A stretch of DNA of 64,000 bases from Candidatus Poribacteria bacterium (lineage in GTDB: Bacteria > Poribacteria > WGA-4E > PCPOR2b), in assembly GCA_965218095.1 (NCBI GenBank), contig OZ244587.1, forward strand, positions 1,088,001 to 1,152,000. The letters are read 5' to 3'. Shown piece by piece: positions 19,771 to 30,244 of the stretch. Both the position numbers and the translations under genes were made by a program. Within the stretch, counting starts at the first letter, position 1, and the number at the start of each line of letters is the position of its first letter. A model generated the notes under the pieces. That model saw only the letters and a list, made by a program, of their open reading frames with translations. It ran no database searches and was not told the DNA's origin.

Positions 19771-20610
19771 TTATTCATTAACGCCCATCTTCCAATCTTT
19801 CTGTCCCCGATGGGGTCTCGCTAAAGATTTGAGTTTTGCCAACGCTTCCTGCGCCTCGATTTGCCAAGGCCGATAAGCCGGTTTATCGCGTTTTTGGGGT
19901 GGGGCGCTGAGTACAAGAATGTACGCGCGACGTGGCTGATCGGTTATATTGGGGGCGGAGTAATGCAAGGTTCGGCAGTGGTGGAATGTGGCGCCGCCGA
20001 CCGGAATTGGGCATGCAACCGCCTGCGACGGATCGACGTCATCGGTGACTAACCCATGAACTAGTGGGTCGTCGTTAATGTGGTGATGCCACCGGATGTT
20101 GCCTTTGTGCGAACTTGGAATGAATTGCAGGCAGCCACTCTCTAACGTCGCTGGATCCAAGGGCAACCATACGCTGAGGCTGTGCGGGATAATTTCTGGA
20201 TTCCAATAGGCTTCATCCTGATGCCAGGGGGTCTCGCTGCCGTATTGGGCAGGCTTCAAAATCATGTGTCCACCACCGCTGACTTTTCCTTTTTCAACCC
20301 CAAGCAGTCGAGCAGCCAGCTTTCGCGCATTTCGGAAATAGACGGTTTCCCGGAGTTCTGGAAACTTCGCGTCCGGACGGAGCACCTGTGGGAGCACCTC
20401 CCTCCCGTCATGCGCCCGTGGCCCCGCCAAGTCAAAATATTGCCCTTTCTCCTCGTCCACCCGCCGCTCAAAGAGCTGATCGTAGACGCCCTTGAGCCGC
20501 CCCACCTCCTCGTCAGTGGTGATACGCTCAATGCTCAAGAACCCATTTTCACCGAAGAAAGTGATCTGCTCCTCCGTAAAATCAACTTCAAAGTTAGCGT
20601 TTTGTCTCAT
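19771..20610 (-). CDS. Phytanoyl-CoA dioxygenase (PhyH) family 2OG-Fe(II) oxygenase
   Basis: TPWHQDEAYW, WLPLD, GCLQFIPSSH, FHH..TLHYS.PN. Confidence 0.92.
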   Translation of the reverse strand: MRQNANFEVDFTEEQITFFGENGFLSIERITTDEEVGRLKGVYDQLFERRVDEEKGQYFDLAGPRAHDGREVLPQVLRPDAKFPELRETVYFRNARKLAARLLGVEKGKVSGGGHMILKPAQYGSETPWHQDEAYWNPEIIPHSLSVWLPLDPATLESGCLQFIPSSHKGNIRWHHHINDDPLVHGLVTDDVDPSQAVACPIPVGGATFHHCRTLHYSAPNITDQPRRAYILVLSAPPQKRDKPAYRPWQIEAQEALAKLKSLARPHRGQKDWKMGVNE

Positions 20611-20757
20611 ATTTTCTCTCCTTCACTCAGATCTGCATCCATCATATTCTGCGGCTCAGTTATTATAACAACAGTGAGATCCGATAACAAGGCAATACGG
20701 GGCGATTTCAGGGAATTCAATTCTCCAACTCCTCCCACCAACTCGTTGCTACTCAAT

Positions 20758-20788
20758 AAAAAAGGCTCCCATAAATTTGGGAGCCTTT
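20758..20788 (-). terminator. Intrinsic terminator of the cold-shock gene
   Basis: Stem AAAGGCTCCCA / TGGGAGCCTTT followed by a T-run on the minus strand, about 45 bp after the stop. Confidence 0.75.
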
Positions 20789-20834
20789 CCTGTTTGCATG
20801 GCCTGATACCGGGTCGATTTTGACTTTACCAACC

Positions 20835-21035
20835 TTAAACCTTCACAACTTCTTCTGCCTGATAGCCCTTGGGCCCTTTTACGATGTTAAGTTCGACCTC
20901 TTGTCCCTCATCAAGGGATTTGAATCCAACTCCGTCAATGGCGGAATAATGCACAAACACATCTTCCCCTTCATCGGTGGTTATGAACCCGTAACCTTTT
21001 TGGTCGCTGAACCATTTTACACGACCTCTTGCCAT
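20835..21035 (-). CDS. Cold-shock protein (CSD)
   Basis: [27 protein letters not shown]; GGAGGTG RBS; 66 aa. Confidence 0.96.
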   Translation of the reverse strand: MARGRVKWFSDQKGYGFITTDEGEDVFVHYSAIDGVGFKSLDEGQEVELNIVKGPKGYQAEEVVKV

Positions 21036-21200
21036 CGTTTTGCACCTCCTTCCACTTCCAATGTTTAACTGCAAACGGCTCACTTATAGCTAAAGAAGCA
21101 TCGAGGTACAAAATGACAGCAAATCTGGGGAAGATACCTCAGTTTTGCCCCTCACACCACTTACAGAGCTTACTTGAATCCATTGTACAGTTACGCCTAT

Positions 21201-21229
21201 ATTATACTTCGCCCCCAATGGAAATGCAA
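21201..21229 (-). promoter_or_regulatory. Sigma70 promoter of the cold-shock gene
   Basis: Minus strand TTGCAT-17 bp-TATAAT. Confidence 0.65.
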
Positions 21230-21404
21230 GAATTAAGTCGATGTATCGCCAAAGCCTGAAATTTATCTCAGAGTTTGCGGAGACCGTTGCAAATCGAGTC
21301 GAGGGATACCGTTGGTTGGTGAAGGATACATTCACTTAAAACTTGCCAAACGGGGAAAATGCCAGAGACGTTCAAGTTGACAAAAGAGCTCTCTCAGAAA
21401 GTCT

Positions 21405-21631
21405 ATGGCGTTAGAAATTATCCGAAAGGATAACCGATTTTGGGTTATCGGGCAAGGAATTTCTCTCGGTTGGTTAGCCGATATCCCGGCAAATCGAAAG
21501 TTGGTACTCGTTTTTCTGCGTTGGGTTCGCAATTCAGCCGACAAACCGCGTTTCTGGTTGAGCGAGTCAAAAGAAGCATCATCTACATCAATGAAAAGTG
21601 GCTCAAGATAAAAGGCCAATGGCATTTTTAA
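21405..21631 (+). pseudogene. Internally deleted DDE transposase remnant (IS6-like motif)
   Basis: Short ORF joined to a frame reading IIYINEKWLKIKGQWHF, resembling the DE(K/T)xxKIxGxW motif. Confidence 0.45.
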
Positions 21632-21758
21632 ATGCTTTCCGAACCTCTTCAATTGAGTCTGTCGAAGTCATGGTGAGTAGAAACCTGGAGTGTGAAACAT
21701 AAAACGAATCCTTCCCCTCCTTCCTTTCCTTCCCTGATTTCCCAATTTCCTTTATTCC

Positions 21759-22832
21759 TCAATTGTCAATCTGCACCTTCTCCTCCGTCTCCGCGCTCAA
21801 ATAGATCGCGTCCAGCAGTTTCATGAACGTCAGCGCCTCGGCAGGAGAAACATCGGGCAGATTCGTGCCACGAATTGCGCCGGCGAAATCTCGAATCTCC
21901 GCAGTGAAATCGCCGTCATCGTGTTCCACGAATTCGTCGATGAAATCATCGTCTTCGATGTAGATGGCACCAAGCAGGCGGCGCGTTCCCGAATGCTTCT
22001 TTCCCGCAGGTTGCGAAGTTGATTCCTGTTCGATTGTGCCTGCTGTCCCCAAGATGCGTAGCCGTAAATCCCATGCCCGGTCTGCCCAGGTGGCAATGAC
22101 GGCTGAGGTATCCATCTGAAGCGTGATTCCACCGCTGAATCCGACCAGAAAACTGAGATAGTCTTCGGAGTGAGATTCGACCTGCATTGTTGTCGGAAAC
22201 GCGCTATGACTCGCGGCAAACGCCCATTCGGGTTGTGGACAGCCCATCAAAAACCACGCTTAATCGAGGTAGTGCGAGCCGTGCTGTCCCAACGCCCCGC
22301 CTTTGAATCCCCATTCATATAGCCAGCGTCTGTGCTCGGGTGGATTATGGTTGACCCCGCGTTCCCGGTAGTGATAATGCACTCGCGCATGATAGACCTG
22401 CCCGATTTTACCGTCGGCAATCATCTGCCGGGTCTTTTTGTTCTCTCGCTCATGCCGCATAAAATAGGAGTACACGAGTCTTCTCCCGGTGGTTTCCGCG
22501 ACCGCGTTAATTTCTTGGACATCCGCCGCGTTACACCCGTGCGGCTTCTGAACTAACACATCCTTGCCTGCCTTTAGCGCATCAACGACCATCGGCTTCC
22601 GCACATCGGGAGGTGTGGCGACCCCAACCGCTTCCACCTCGTCATCCGCGAGCAATTCCCGATAGTCGCCATAAACTCTGGGGACATCGTTATCGTCGGC
22701 GACCTGTCGAGCGAGCTCCTGATTCAGATCGGCAACCGCCCAGGCGATTGTATCTTCGCCGTTTTTCGAGCCCGCCACCCAGGTACGACCAACTCTGCAA
22801 CCAACCACGCCAATTTTGATTTTTTCTGCCAT
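21759..22832 (-). pseudogene. Gfo/Idh/MocA oxidoreductase with in-frame nonsense codon
   Basis: IKIGVVGC, KDVLVQKP, GGALGQHGSHYLD-TAA(22260-22262)-AWFLMG continues in the same frame. Confidence 0.85.
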
Positions 22833-22852
22833 TGTTACATCTCCTTTCACGT

Positions 22853-23617
22853 TCACTCATCACGCAGGAATTGATGAAGATGCGTTTTCATCAGATTATC
22901 TTGAGGTTGGTAACCGAGGATTTCAACAGCCGCGCTAATGTCAAGAAAACTTAACTGGTAATCTGTCGCATTGCCCGACCTGCCATACGTTATGAGGTAT
23001 TTCACAGGTCCCTCATAATCAACAGCGAGTCCAAAAAGTTGTGCACAGTCACGCGGCGTCAGGAGGGTACTACAAGCGCGTAAGCTATTCGCTTCGTATC
23101 CGCCGGAGAAGGTACCAATGCGGATGCTGATAAAACGCATGTCGTAAGCATCGACAAGGTAACGCCCCGCAATCTCCGTCATGCCTTTCATCGCCCCATA
23201 CCAACTATCTGGTCGAACTTGAGCACTTGTGGAGAATCGCGGCGGAGAATTCAAGTTTTCGTTCCAGCCGGTCACATGGTTTGTGGCTGCGAACACAATT
23301 TTTTGGACGCCGCCTTCGCGTGCAGCCTCAAACAACAACATTGACGCGCCAATATCCGTCACCTCACCCGGCACCTTGCCAAGGTGGACTTGAGGAACAA
23401 ACGCCAAGTGAACGAGGACATCCTGATTTTCACATAGCTCTCGCATACGCTGGTAGTCACGAACATCTCCCTGTTCGACGCGAGATTTTGCGCCATCGAC
23501 CACCTTGAGGTCTACCAATGTCAAAGTGTATTTATCTTCCTTTTCCCACGCACCCCACAATGCACTGCCGACTTTTCCTGCCGCACCTGTAATGAGAACA
23601 CGTTGTTTTTGAGCCAT
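22853..23617 (-). CDS. NAD-dependent epimerase/dehydratase (uronate dehydrogenase-like SDR)
   Basis: VLITGAAGKVG, VHLA, RPDSWYGAMK (YxxxK), SIRIG. Confidence 0.85.
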   Translation of the reverse strand: MAQKQRVLITGAAGKVGSALWGAWEKEDKYTLTLVDLKVVDGAKSRVEQGDVRDYQRMRELCENQDVLVHLAFVPQVHLGKVPGEVTDIGASMLLFEAAREGGVQKIVFAATNHVTGWNENLNSPPRFSTSAQVRPDSWYGAMKGMTEIAGRYLVDAYDMRFISIRIGTFSGGYEANSLRACSTLLTPRDCAQLFGLAVDYEGPVKYLITYGRSGNATDYQLSFLDISAAVEILGYQPQDNLMKTHLHQFLRDE

Positions 23618-23736
23618 ATTTTGCTCCTTTCCTGTTATATATTGCAAAAGCATAGCACGGTTTCAAATGGTTTTCAAGCGGAATTTCGCAGAAATAGGTG
23701 AATCAGTAAATCACGCATCACGTATCCATTTCCCAA

Positions 23737-23765
23737 TTGACAAAAAAGGCGGAAACGGTTATAAT
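23737..23765 (+). promoter_or_regulatory. Consensus sigma70 promoter
   Basis: TTGACA-17 bp-TATAAT, 30 bp upstream of the helicase start. Confidence 0.8.
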
Positions 23766-23795
23766 CATCTTACTGTTATTTTTGAGGAGATTTGA

Positions 23796-26168
23796 ATGTT
23801 TTACAAAGGATTACAACTAGATCGGTTCCAAGAGGAGACGATTCATGCGATAGATCGAAATCATTCCGTGATTGTCACCGCACCGACAGGAGCAGGCAAA
23901 ACGGTGATTGCCGAGTATGCTGTCGAAAAGTGCATTGACACGGGGCGTCGCGTGATTTATACGGCGCCGATCAAGGCATTGAGCAACCAAAAGTACCGCG
24001 ATTTCTATCAGGAATACGGCGATCGCGTCGGCATTGTCACGGGTGACGTGGTGCTCAATCCGTTTGCACAAGTGCTGCTCATGACCACCGAGATCTTTCG
24101 GAATACGATCTTTGATGATATTACCCGTTTAGATGATGTCGAGTACGTCATCTTCGACGAAATCCACTACATCAACGATATTGAGCGCGGGACTGTTTGG
24201 GAAGAAAGCATCATTTTTGGGCCTCAGAACATCAAATTTGTCTGCTTGAGTGCGACAATCCCGAATATCAACCAATTTGCTGAATGGATGCAGACAGTCC
24301 GAGAGACTGAGATTGACGTTATCGAAGAGCTCGAACGGCCTGTTCCTCTGGAGCATCACCTTTACCTAGAGGGATACGGCATCGGTGATCTTGAGAGCCT
24401 GCAACGGATTCAAGCGTCCTTTATGGATGGGGACTTCTACGACCCCAATGACGATGAAACGATTCAGAAGGCACCGCCCAACCTCATTCGCACAGATCTC
24501 ATTCGCCACATTCAGAATCAAAACCAACTTCCCTGTCTTTACTTCTGCTTCAGTCGAAAAGGCTGTCAGCAAAATGCGGAGTATTACGCCAACCAGAATT
24601 TCCTGACGTCAGAACAACGAGAGAAAATCCGTCATCTTTTTGACGCACTCTGCACACGTTACAATATCCATGACGAACGCAACACCAAAGGCTTTCGCAG
24701 CCTTATTTCCAAAGGTGTTGCCTATCATCACGCGGGGATGCTGCCAACCTTAAAAGAGGTAGTTGAACGCCTGTTTACTTCCGGTCTGATTCAGTTACTC
24801 TTCACGACGGAGACCTTTGCGGTTGGCATCAATATGCCGGCGTGCACGGTCGTTTTCGAGAGCTTGGAGAAGTATGATGGCGTTAATTTCCGCTATTTGA
24901 AAGCCCGTGAGTACCATCAGATGTCGGGGCGTGCCGGGCGGCGTGGTATTGACCCGATTGGTTATGTATATGCGCGGGTCACTCCCCGATTTGCAGATGT
25001 TGAGCAGGTCCGCCGCATCGTCTCCGACAAAGTCGAGCCAATTGAAAGTCAGTTCAATCTCTCCTATTCGAGTATCCTGAATCTGTACGAAAAATATGGG
25101 GATAACATCTATGATGTGTGTACCCAGAGCTTGAACAATTTCCAAAATTATGAGCGGGTTAGGAAAACTAATGCAAAGATTAAACGCGCTTCTGCAACGC
25201 TAAAAGAACTCCCCCGACCCGTTTGTATCTATGACGGCGTTGATGGATCTGATCAGGTTGGCAGCTATAGCCGCCTTCTGGATCAGATTGCAGAGCAGAC
25301 CAAACGCTTAAAAGCAGAATGTCTTGCAACCAAATGGAAAGAACGTGGACGAAAAAAGCACAAGGTGCGCCGTCAGAAGTTTGCACAGATTGATCGGCAG
25401 CTTCGGCAGCTTCAATCTACCCAAAACAGGAATCTCTGTCATGGCTGTCAGCAATTCAAACGCTGCTATCAACGCTACCGCAAAATCGAACAAGCTGAAA
25501 ATCGGATTCGGGCGCTTAAAGATCAGAAAGCCTACTTTGAGGATTATCAGAGAGAGCAAATATCGTCCCGTCTGAAGGTGCTGGAAGAACTTGGCTATAT
25601 CGACGCATCCGGATTGCTGGCAAGAGGGCAGATTGCGTCACAGATCAACGGCTATGAAATGCAGGTGACTCAACTCCTTTTCAGAGGCTTTTATGAAGGA
25701 TTAAGTGAAGATGACCTCAATGCCCTCGCAATGGCGATTGTTTGCGAACCCAGAAAGGACTGGAGCCATTATAGAAAACTGCAAGATAAACGACTTAGAA
25801 GACTGCTACGAGCAGCGGACAGAGAGATTGAGTTCGTCCGAGCATTAGAAGAACAGTATCAGGTTGCTGAAACCACCCCAAAGCTAGAAATAAAGTTGAG
25901 TACAGCAATGCTTGCGTGGAGTCAAGGTTGCGAGTTTGAGGCGCTCCACCAATATGTCGATTTGGCTGATGGCGACTTTGTGCGTGCGTTTCGACTCGTT
26001 ATTGATCTCCTTCGGCAGATGCGTCGGGCAATGATCGAGCACGCTGCTTTATTAGATAAGATAGATCGGTGCCTTGATAAAATCAATCGGGATGTGGTGG
26101 ACGCCGAACGTCAATTACACGCTGGACAAGAAGAACCTGGCGCCGATGACACATCGATCAGCCAATAG
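23796..26168 (+). CDS. Ski2/HelY-like DEAD/DEAH-box RNA helicase
   Basis: APTGAGKT, PIKALSNQK, DEIHY, LSAT, HHAGMLP, QMSGRAGRRG, DSHCT-like C-terminus (DGDFVR). Confidence 0.92.
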   Translation: MFYKGLQLDRFQEETIHAIDRNHSVIVTAPTGAGKTVIAEYAVEKCIDTGRRVIYTAPIKALSNQKYRDFYQEYGDRVGIVTGDVVLNPFAQVLLMTTEIFRNTIFDDITRLDDVEYVIFDEIHYINDIERGTVWEESIIFGPQNIKFVCLSATIPNINQFAEWMQTVRETEIDVIEELERPVPLEHHLYLEGYGIGDLESLQRIQASFMDGDFYDPNDDETIQKAPPNLIRTDLIRHIQNQNQLPCLYFCFSRKGCQQNAEYYANQNFLTSEQREKIRHLFDALCTRYNIHDERNTKGFRSLISKGVAYHHAGMLPTLKEVVERLFTSGLIQLLFTTETFAVGINMPACTVVFESLEKYDGVNFRYLKAREYHQMSGRAGRRGIDPIGYVYARVTPRFADVEQVRRIVSDKVEPIESQFNLSYSSILNLYEKYGDNIYDVCTQSLNNFQNYERVRKTNAKIKRASATLKELPRPVCIYDGVDGSDQVGSYSRLLDQIAEQTKRLKAECLATKWKERGRKKHKVRRQKFAQIDRQLRQLQSTQNRNLCHGCQQFKRCYQRYRKIEQAENRIRALKDQKAYFEDYQREQISSRLKVLEELGYIDASGLLARGQIASQINGYEMQVTQLLFRGFYEGLSEDDLNALAMAIVCEPRKDWSHYRKLQDKRLRRLLRAADREIEFVRALEEQYQVAETTPKLEIKLSTAMLAWSQGCEFEALHQYVDLADGDFVRAFRLVIDLLRQMRRAMIEHAALLDKIDRCLDKINRDVVDAERQLHAGQEEPGADDTSISQ

Positions 26169-26232
26169 TCGCGTGCAACCGATATGAGGGAAGTGATGAG
26201 GAAGACTCAATTCAATTTGGAAGAAATTCGCA

Positions 26233-26493
26233 GTGAAGCGAGAAAATTTTACCTCGCTAAACAATGCAGGTTATCTGCAAGCGTTTATGTGTTATGCCCA
26301 CCTCCAGGAGTTCGTGATACAAAATCACGGCGATCCATGGTTCACCAATCCGAAAGCGGGCGAGTTTTTGAAGGAAATTTGGGCGGTTGGACAAAAGTAT
26401 AAAGCATGGGAGCTTGTGCAACAGCTTAGGTATGGAGATCTGGATATCGTGCCACTGATTTATTATATGGAAGAGCTACTGGGAAACGACTAA
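26233..26493 (+). pseudogene. C-terminal remnant of an M3-like peptidase family protein
   Basis: AGYLQAF...HGDPWFTNPKAGEFLKEIWAVGQKY; no N-terminal part present. Confidence 0.4.
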
Positions 26494-26650
26494 AGAGCGC
26501 TAGAGAACTTTTCCCTTGCCCCCAGATTAAGGTTGTGTTACAATGGTTAATATTTGTTTATGGTTATGTGAAACAACGTGCTTTTCACGTTAGGATTTAC
26601 GTAGCTGAACCACGTAACTCCTAATAAAACTCTACCAATGGAGAGATAAC

Positions 26651-27196
26651 ATGGCAGATCAAGAGTTTGAACTGACCGCACAATTGCGAATTCGAGTAGC
26701 TGAGGCAAAGGACGCGAAAGATTTGCAGGCCTATTGCTTTACCGGTAGAACTGCAGAGGAAATCGACAAGGAATTAAAAGACGATCTCTCACGGAACAAG
26801 AAGGGAGAGATCTATCGAGTTGTCGCTGAAGCCAGCGGACATGCAATCGGAAACATCCGATTTGAACGCAACAAAGTCGATAATGAGATTGGAGAAATAA
26901 GCCAGTTGACGGTTTCTCCGCCTTTCCGTCAGTTTGACATCGCGGCTAAATTGATCGACGCTACTGAGCAGATCGCTCAGGAAAATGGCATCAAGACGCT
27001 TCAGATTGAATTACCCCGGTCTGAGAAGGCAATCATAAGCGCCTACACGGAGTGGGGATTTGCTGAACGTCCTGTCGTGACATTGCAAAAAACAGTCGAA
27101 TCACCTGACCAAGAAACGTCCACAGATAAAAATGCCCCATCAGAGGAATCCCCTGAGGATTCAGATAATGAGGGAGAACAGCAAGAACTGTTGTAA
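26651..27196 (+). CDS. GNAT-family N-acetyltransferase with acidic tail
   Basis: LRIRVAE..D, ISQLTVSPPFRQFDIAAKLI, Y...GF; upstream TTGCCC-17 bp-TACAAT with TG extension (26516-26544). Confidence 0.8.
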   Translation: MADQEFELTAQLRIRVAEAKDAKDLQAYCFTGRTAEEIDKELKDDLSRNKKGEIYRVVAEASGHAIGNIRFERNKVDNEIGEISQLTVSPPFRQFDIAAKLIDATEQIAQENGIKTLQIELPRSEKAIISAYTEWGFAERPVVTLQKTVESPDQETSTDKNAPSEESPEDSDNEGEQQELL

Positions 27197-27299
27197 GTAA
27201 GCCGTAAAACGTCTGAGGTTTTTAAAGATGTAAAGAAACCTTGACAGGGACAGCTATAAGCGTCTATCCTTGGATGAAAATGCTCGTAAGGAGGACGCG

Positions 27300-27587
27300 A
27301 TGTTCCAACAATTGACCGTTGGTTTGAAGTTCTTTCAACTTCTTTTATCCGAACAATTTCTGTTATCGGAGTTGGATGCGCTTTGGGACGCGGTGGAAGC
27401 GGCAGGATGGGCATGTGCAGGATCAATCATTGGTTGTGTAATGGCGATCGCGTCAGGTGGATGGGCAGTCTGGGCTTGTGCGCTTACAGTTGGTGCGTGC
27501 ATGAGACTAACACAGAAAGCGGCCGATAAATTGGTGGCGTATTGGAATTGCAAAGACAGGCACAATAACACGACAGCCTATAATTGA
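27300..27587 (+). CDS. Small Cys/Gly/Ala/Trp-rich hydrophobic peptide (bacteriocin/RiPP-precursor-like)
   Basis: AAGGAGG RBS, upstream TTGACA-18 bp-TATCCT; 95 aa with C-x6-C-x13-C-x6-C core. Confidence 0.6.
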   Translation: MFQQLTVGLKFFQLLLSEQFLLSELDALWDAVEAAGWACAGSIIGCVMAIASGGWAVWACALTVGACMRLTQKAADKLVAYWNCKDRHNNTTAYN

Positions 27588-27664
27588 CCTATCATGAACA
27601 CCAGTCGGTGGAGGCAGCCTGCTGTCTCCGCCGACTCAACGAAAGTGAAGGAGAAAATTCCGCC

Positions 27665-27796
27665 ATGATATTAAAAAGCAAAAGACTTTACCTGCTTATA
27701 CCAGTCATTCTTACTGTTAATTTGACTGCGTTATACCTTTGGACAAAAATCGGGTGGACTAAACCGACCATCATTTTCACATTGAATGGGTATTAG
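27665..27796 (+). pseudogene. Membrane-anchored protein truncated by IS5 insertion
   Basis: AAGGAG RBS, MILKSKR followed by a hydrophobic helix; stop TAG is formed by the IS junction. Confidence 0.55.
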
Positions 27797-28615
27797 GTTC
27801 TGTTGACATTTCAAGGGAGCCATATAAGAGTGGAGACAAAGCTGAGAAATCCAAAATAACGGATAGCTAACTTCTCGAACCGAGAGAAGATGCGGCGATA
27901 CCATTTTATCTTGTTAATGAAACATTCAACCCGATGTCTCTCTTTGTACAGATGTTTGTCGTAATCTCTTTGATCCACACGATGACTTTTTGGCGGTATC
28001 ACCGCAATCGCTCCATTCGCCTCAATAACCGCGATAAAAGCGTCCGAATCGTACCCCTTGTCTCCAATCACATACTCGCTTTTATATCCAAGTATCAACG
28101 CTTCTGCTTCCGCTATGTCGTTTCTTTGACCGGGTGTCAGATGTATTCTTAGTGGATTACCCAGGCCGTCAACGGTGATGTGAATTTTTGTACTGAATCC
28201 CCCGCGAGAGCAGCCTAACGCTTGGTTTTCAGTGCCACCCTTTTTTTTAAGGCACCCGCCGCAGACGGGTGCGCTCGAATGATTGTACTGTCAACAATAA
28301 GCGACTCGATATCGGGGTCAGAGGCGAAGTGGGGGTGGATCTGTGTGAAGACCCCTTTGTCGCACCACCGAGCAAACCGCTTATAGAGGGTGTTCCATTT
28401 ACCATAGGTGTCTGGCAGAAGTCTCCATTGAGCACCGCTACGGGTCGCCCAGAGAACAGCTTCGATAAAGCGGCGTGTTGTCGCTTCGTTGCCAACATAG
28501 ATGGTGGGACAAGTTAGAAGAAACGAGTATATCTTTTTCCATTGGTCATCGGGTAAGGTTATTGGCATCATTCTTCTATTATGCCACAACCTTATACTCA
28601 AATGTCAACAGAACC
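27796..28615 (-). mobile_element. IS5-family element (two-ORF, -1 frameshift type), copy 1
   Basis: TIR GGTTCTGTTGACATTT, TA duplication, 820 bp; orfA (RSGAQWRLLP..YGKW) and orfB (GDKGYDSD, YKERHRVECFINKIK) joined at A8GGG. Confidence 0.95.
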
Positions 28616-28618
28616 TAG

Positions 28619-29232
28619 TTGAAGCGGATGCTGACATTGGCCGGCTGCCATTGTGCGTTGGAGCCCATTAGAGAGACACTGGCCAAGAGTGCCTCAACCC
28701 AATCGAGAAACCGAATTACCATTAGTGTCGATAACACCGTCTTAAAACGGTGTGGTCAATTTCTCAGCTATGTCTACTCCTGGTGGAGTGGACAATACAA
28801 TCGAACCCTTGATGGGCAGAACCTGTTGGCCATCACCATTCGCATCGGCCAAATCGTCATTTCGTTATCGATTCGGACGGTGAGTAAACAAGGACAAGCT
28901 AACACGTAAAAGCCGGATTTGCTCAAGGCAATGCTGACTGATGTCCTGGCCTTTTTTTCTGAGGCTGGGATCAATCTGCCCCAATTTCTCATCACCTTTG
29001 ACTCGTGGTATGGGTTGCAACTGTTACGTGAGGTGCTTGCCGAGAAGGAGTCTACAGCAGCATTGCCACAAAAGTGCTTTCATGCTTGATGGAACTCTTC
29101 CTTTGTCAGGAAACCGGCAAGACATTACACCAAATCCAAATCGCTCTGCGAAGAGAAGTTTATCCAGAAGTTTTCTTTCGGGAGCATTTTCATTCTGGTT
29201 GGTGGCTCAATCCTTTATCAGTAGCAGCATAA
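28619..29232 (+). pseudogene. Degraded transposase remnant (IS701/IS4-superfamily-like)
   Basis: ISVDNTVLKR, WWSGQY, ITFDSWYG; contains stops, frameshifts and an internal deletion. Confidence 0.6.
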
Positions 29233-29321
29233 GTCTACATTTTAAAAATCTCAGAACGTAAAACGTGAACAGTTTTACGTTTTACGCCTGACGTTTCACA
29301 CTTCACGGATTGGAGTGAATA

Positions 29322-30215
29322 ATGAAGAAATATCTCAATTTATGTATTGCTGTGATTGGCATTGCTGCCTTTTTTATCGGCTGCGGCAGCCAAAATGAAT
29401 ACCTTTCTAAAGGTAAAGAACTGATTAAATCTGATAAACGTCGGAAAGAGGAACGTGCTGCCGAGCAGTTTCAGAAAGCGGTTAATCTTGAGCAGAATAA
29501 TGCGGAAGCGCACTACCTCCTCGGTTACTACGATTCTGAAACGTTCTACGAAGATGACGACTCCCGTAAGAAAGAAGCCTCGATCGAGGAACGAGGCAAG
29601 CACATGTTCCTCGCTTACCAGAATGATAAACGCAAATACCTCGAAGTTCTTGTTTTCGAGACATTAAGGAATCGCGAGCCCGACGTTCAAGAGGCGGCAT
29701 TGGACGCGCTTAAACGCATCTACAAACAGGGCGATCGGAAGAAATTACTGAAAGCATTGAAAAAAGCGATTAAATCCAAGGATAATCGAGATCGACACGA
29801 TTCACAGTGGGTACTGGCTGCGCTTGGTAGGGAGGATGCGAATACAATTGTACCCATCCTCGTGGATCTGCTAGAATACAAGCGCAGAGAAACTCGTTTG
29901 AATGCGATAAAAGCACTCGGTGGAATCGGCGATGAAAGCGCAATTCCCGTATTGGTCGAGGTGGTCAACTCGGGTTCGGCCAAACGCAAGAAAGATAGAG
30001 CAGACCCGGAGATACGGGGACTTGCAGTCGAAGCGTTGGGCAAAATTGGTGGGTCTGCTGTAAACGAATTGGTCAAGATCGTCCGAAACAAAGGGTCCTC
30101 AATGCGCGTTGACGCGATTCAGGCTTTAGAACAGCTCGGTGACGAAAGGGCGGTCAAACCGCTGCTGGAGGTTTTAAGCGAACAGGGAAGCCGGGAGGTC
30201 GTCGTCAAGTTCTGA
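29322..30215 (+). CDS. Lipoprotein with TPR and HEAT (PBS-lyase-like) repeats
   Basis: Lipobox FIGC; NAEAHYLLG; R..A..ALG.IG repeats. Confidence 0.8.
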   Translation: MKKYLNLCIAVIGIAAFFIGCGSQNEYLSKGKELIKSDKRRKEERAAEQFQKAVNLEQNNAEAHYLLGYYDSETFYEDDDSRKKEASIEERGKHMFLAYQNDKRKYLEVLVFETLRNREPDVQEAALDALKRIYKQGDRKKLLKALKKAIKSKDNRDRHDSQWVLAALGREDANTIVPILVDLLEYKRRETRLNAIKALGGIGDESAIPVLVEVVNSGSAKRKKDRADPEIRGLAVEALGKIGGSAVNELVKIVRNKGSSMRVDAIQALEQLGDERAVKPLLEVLSEQGSREVVVKF

Positions 30216-30244
30216 ACCCTAAAATCAGTCTGAAAGGAAATCTT

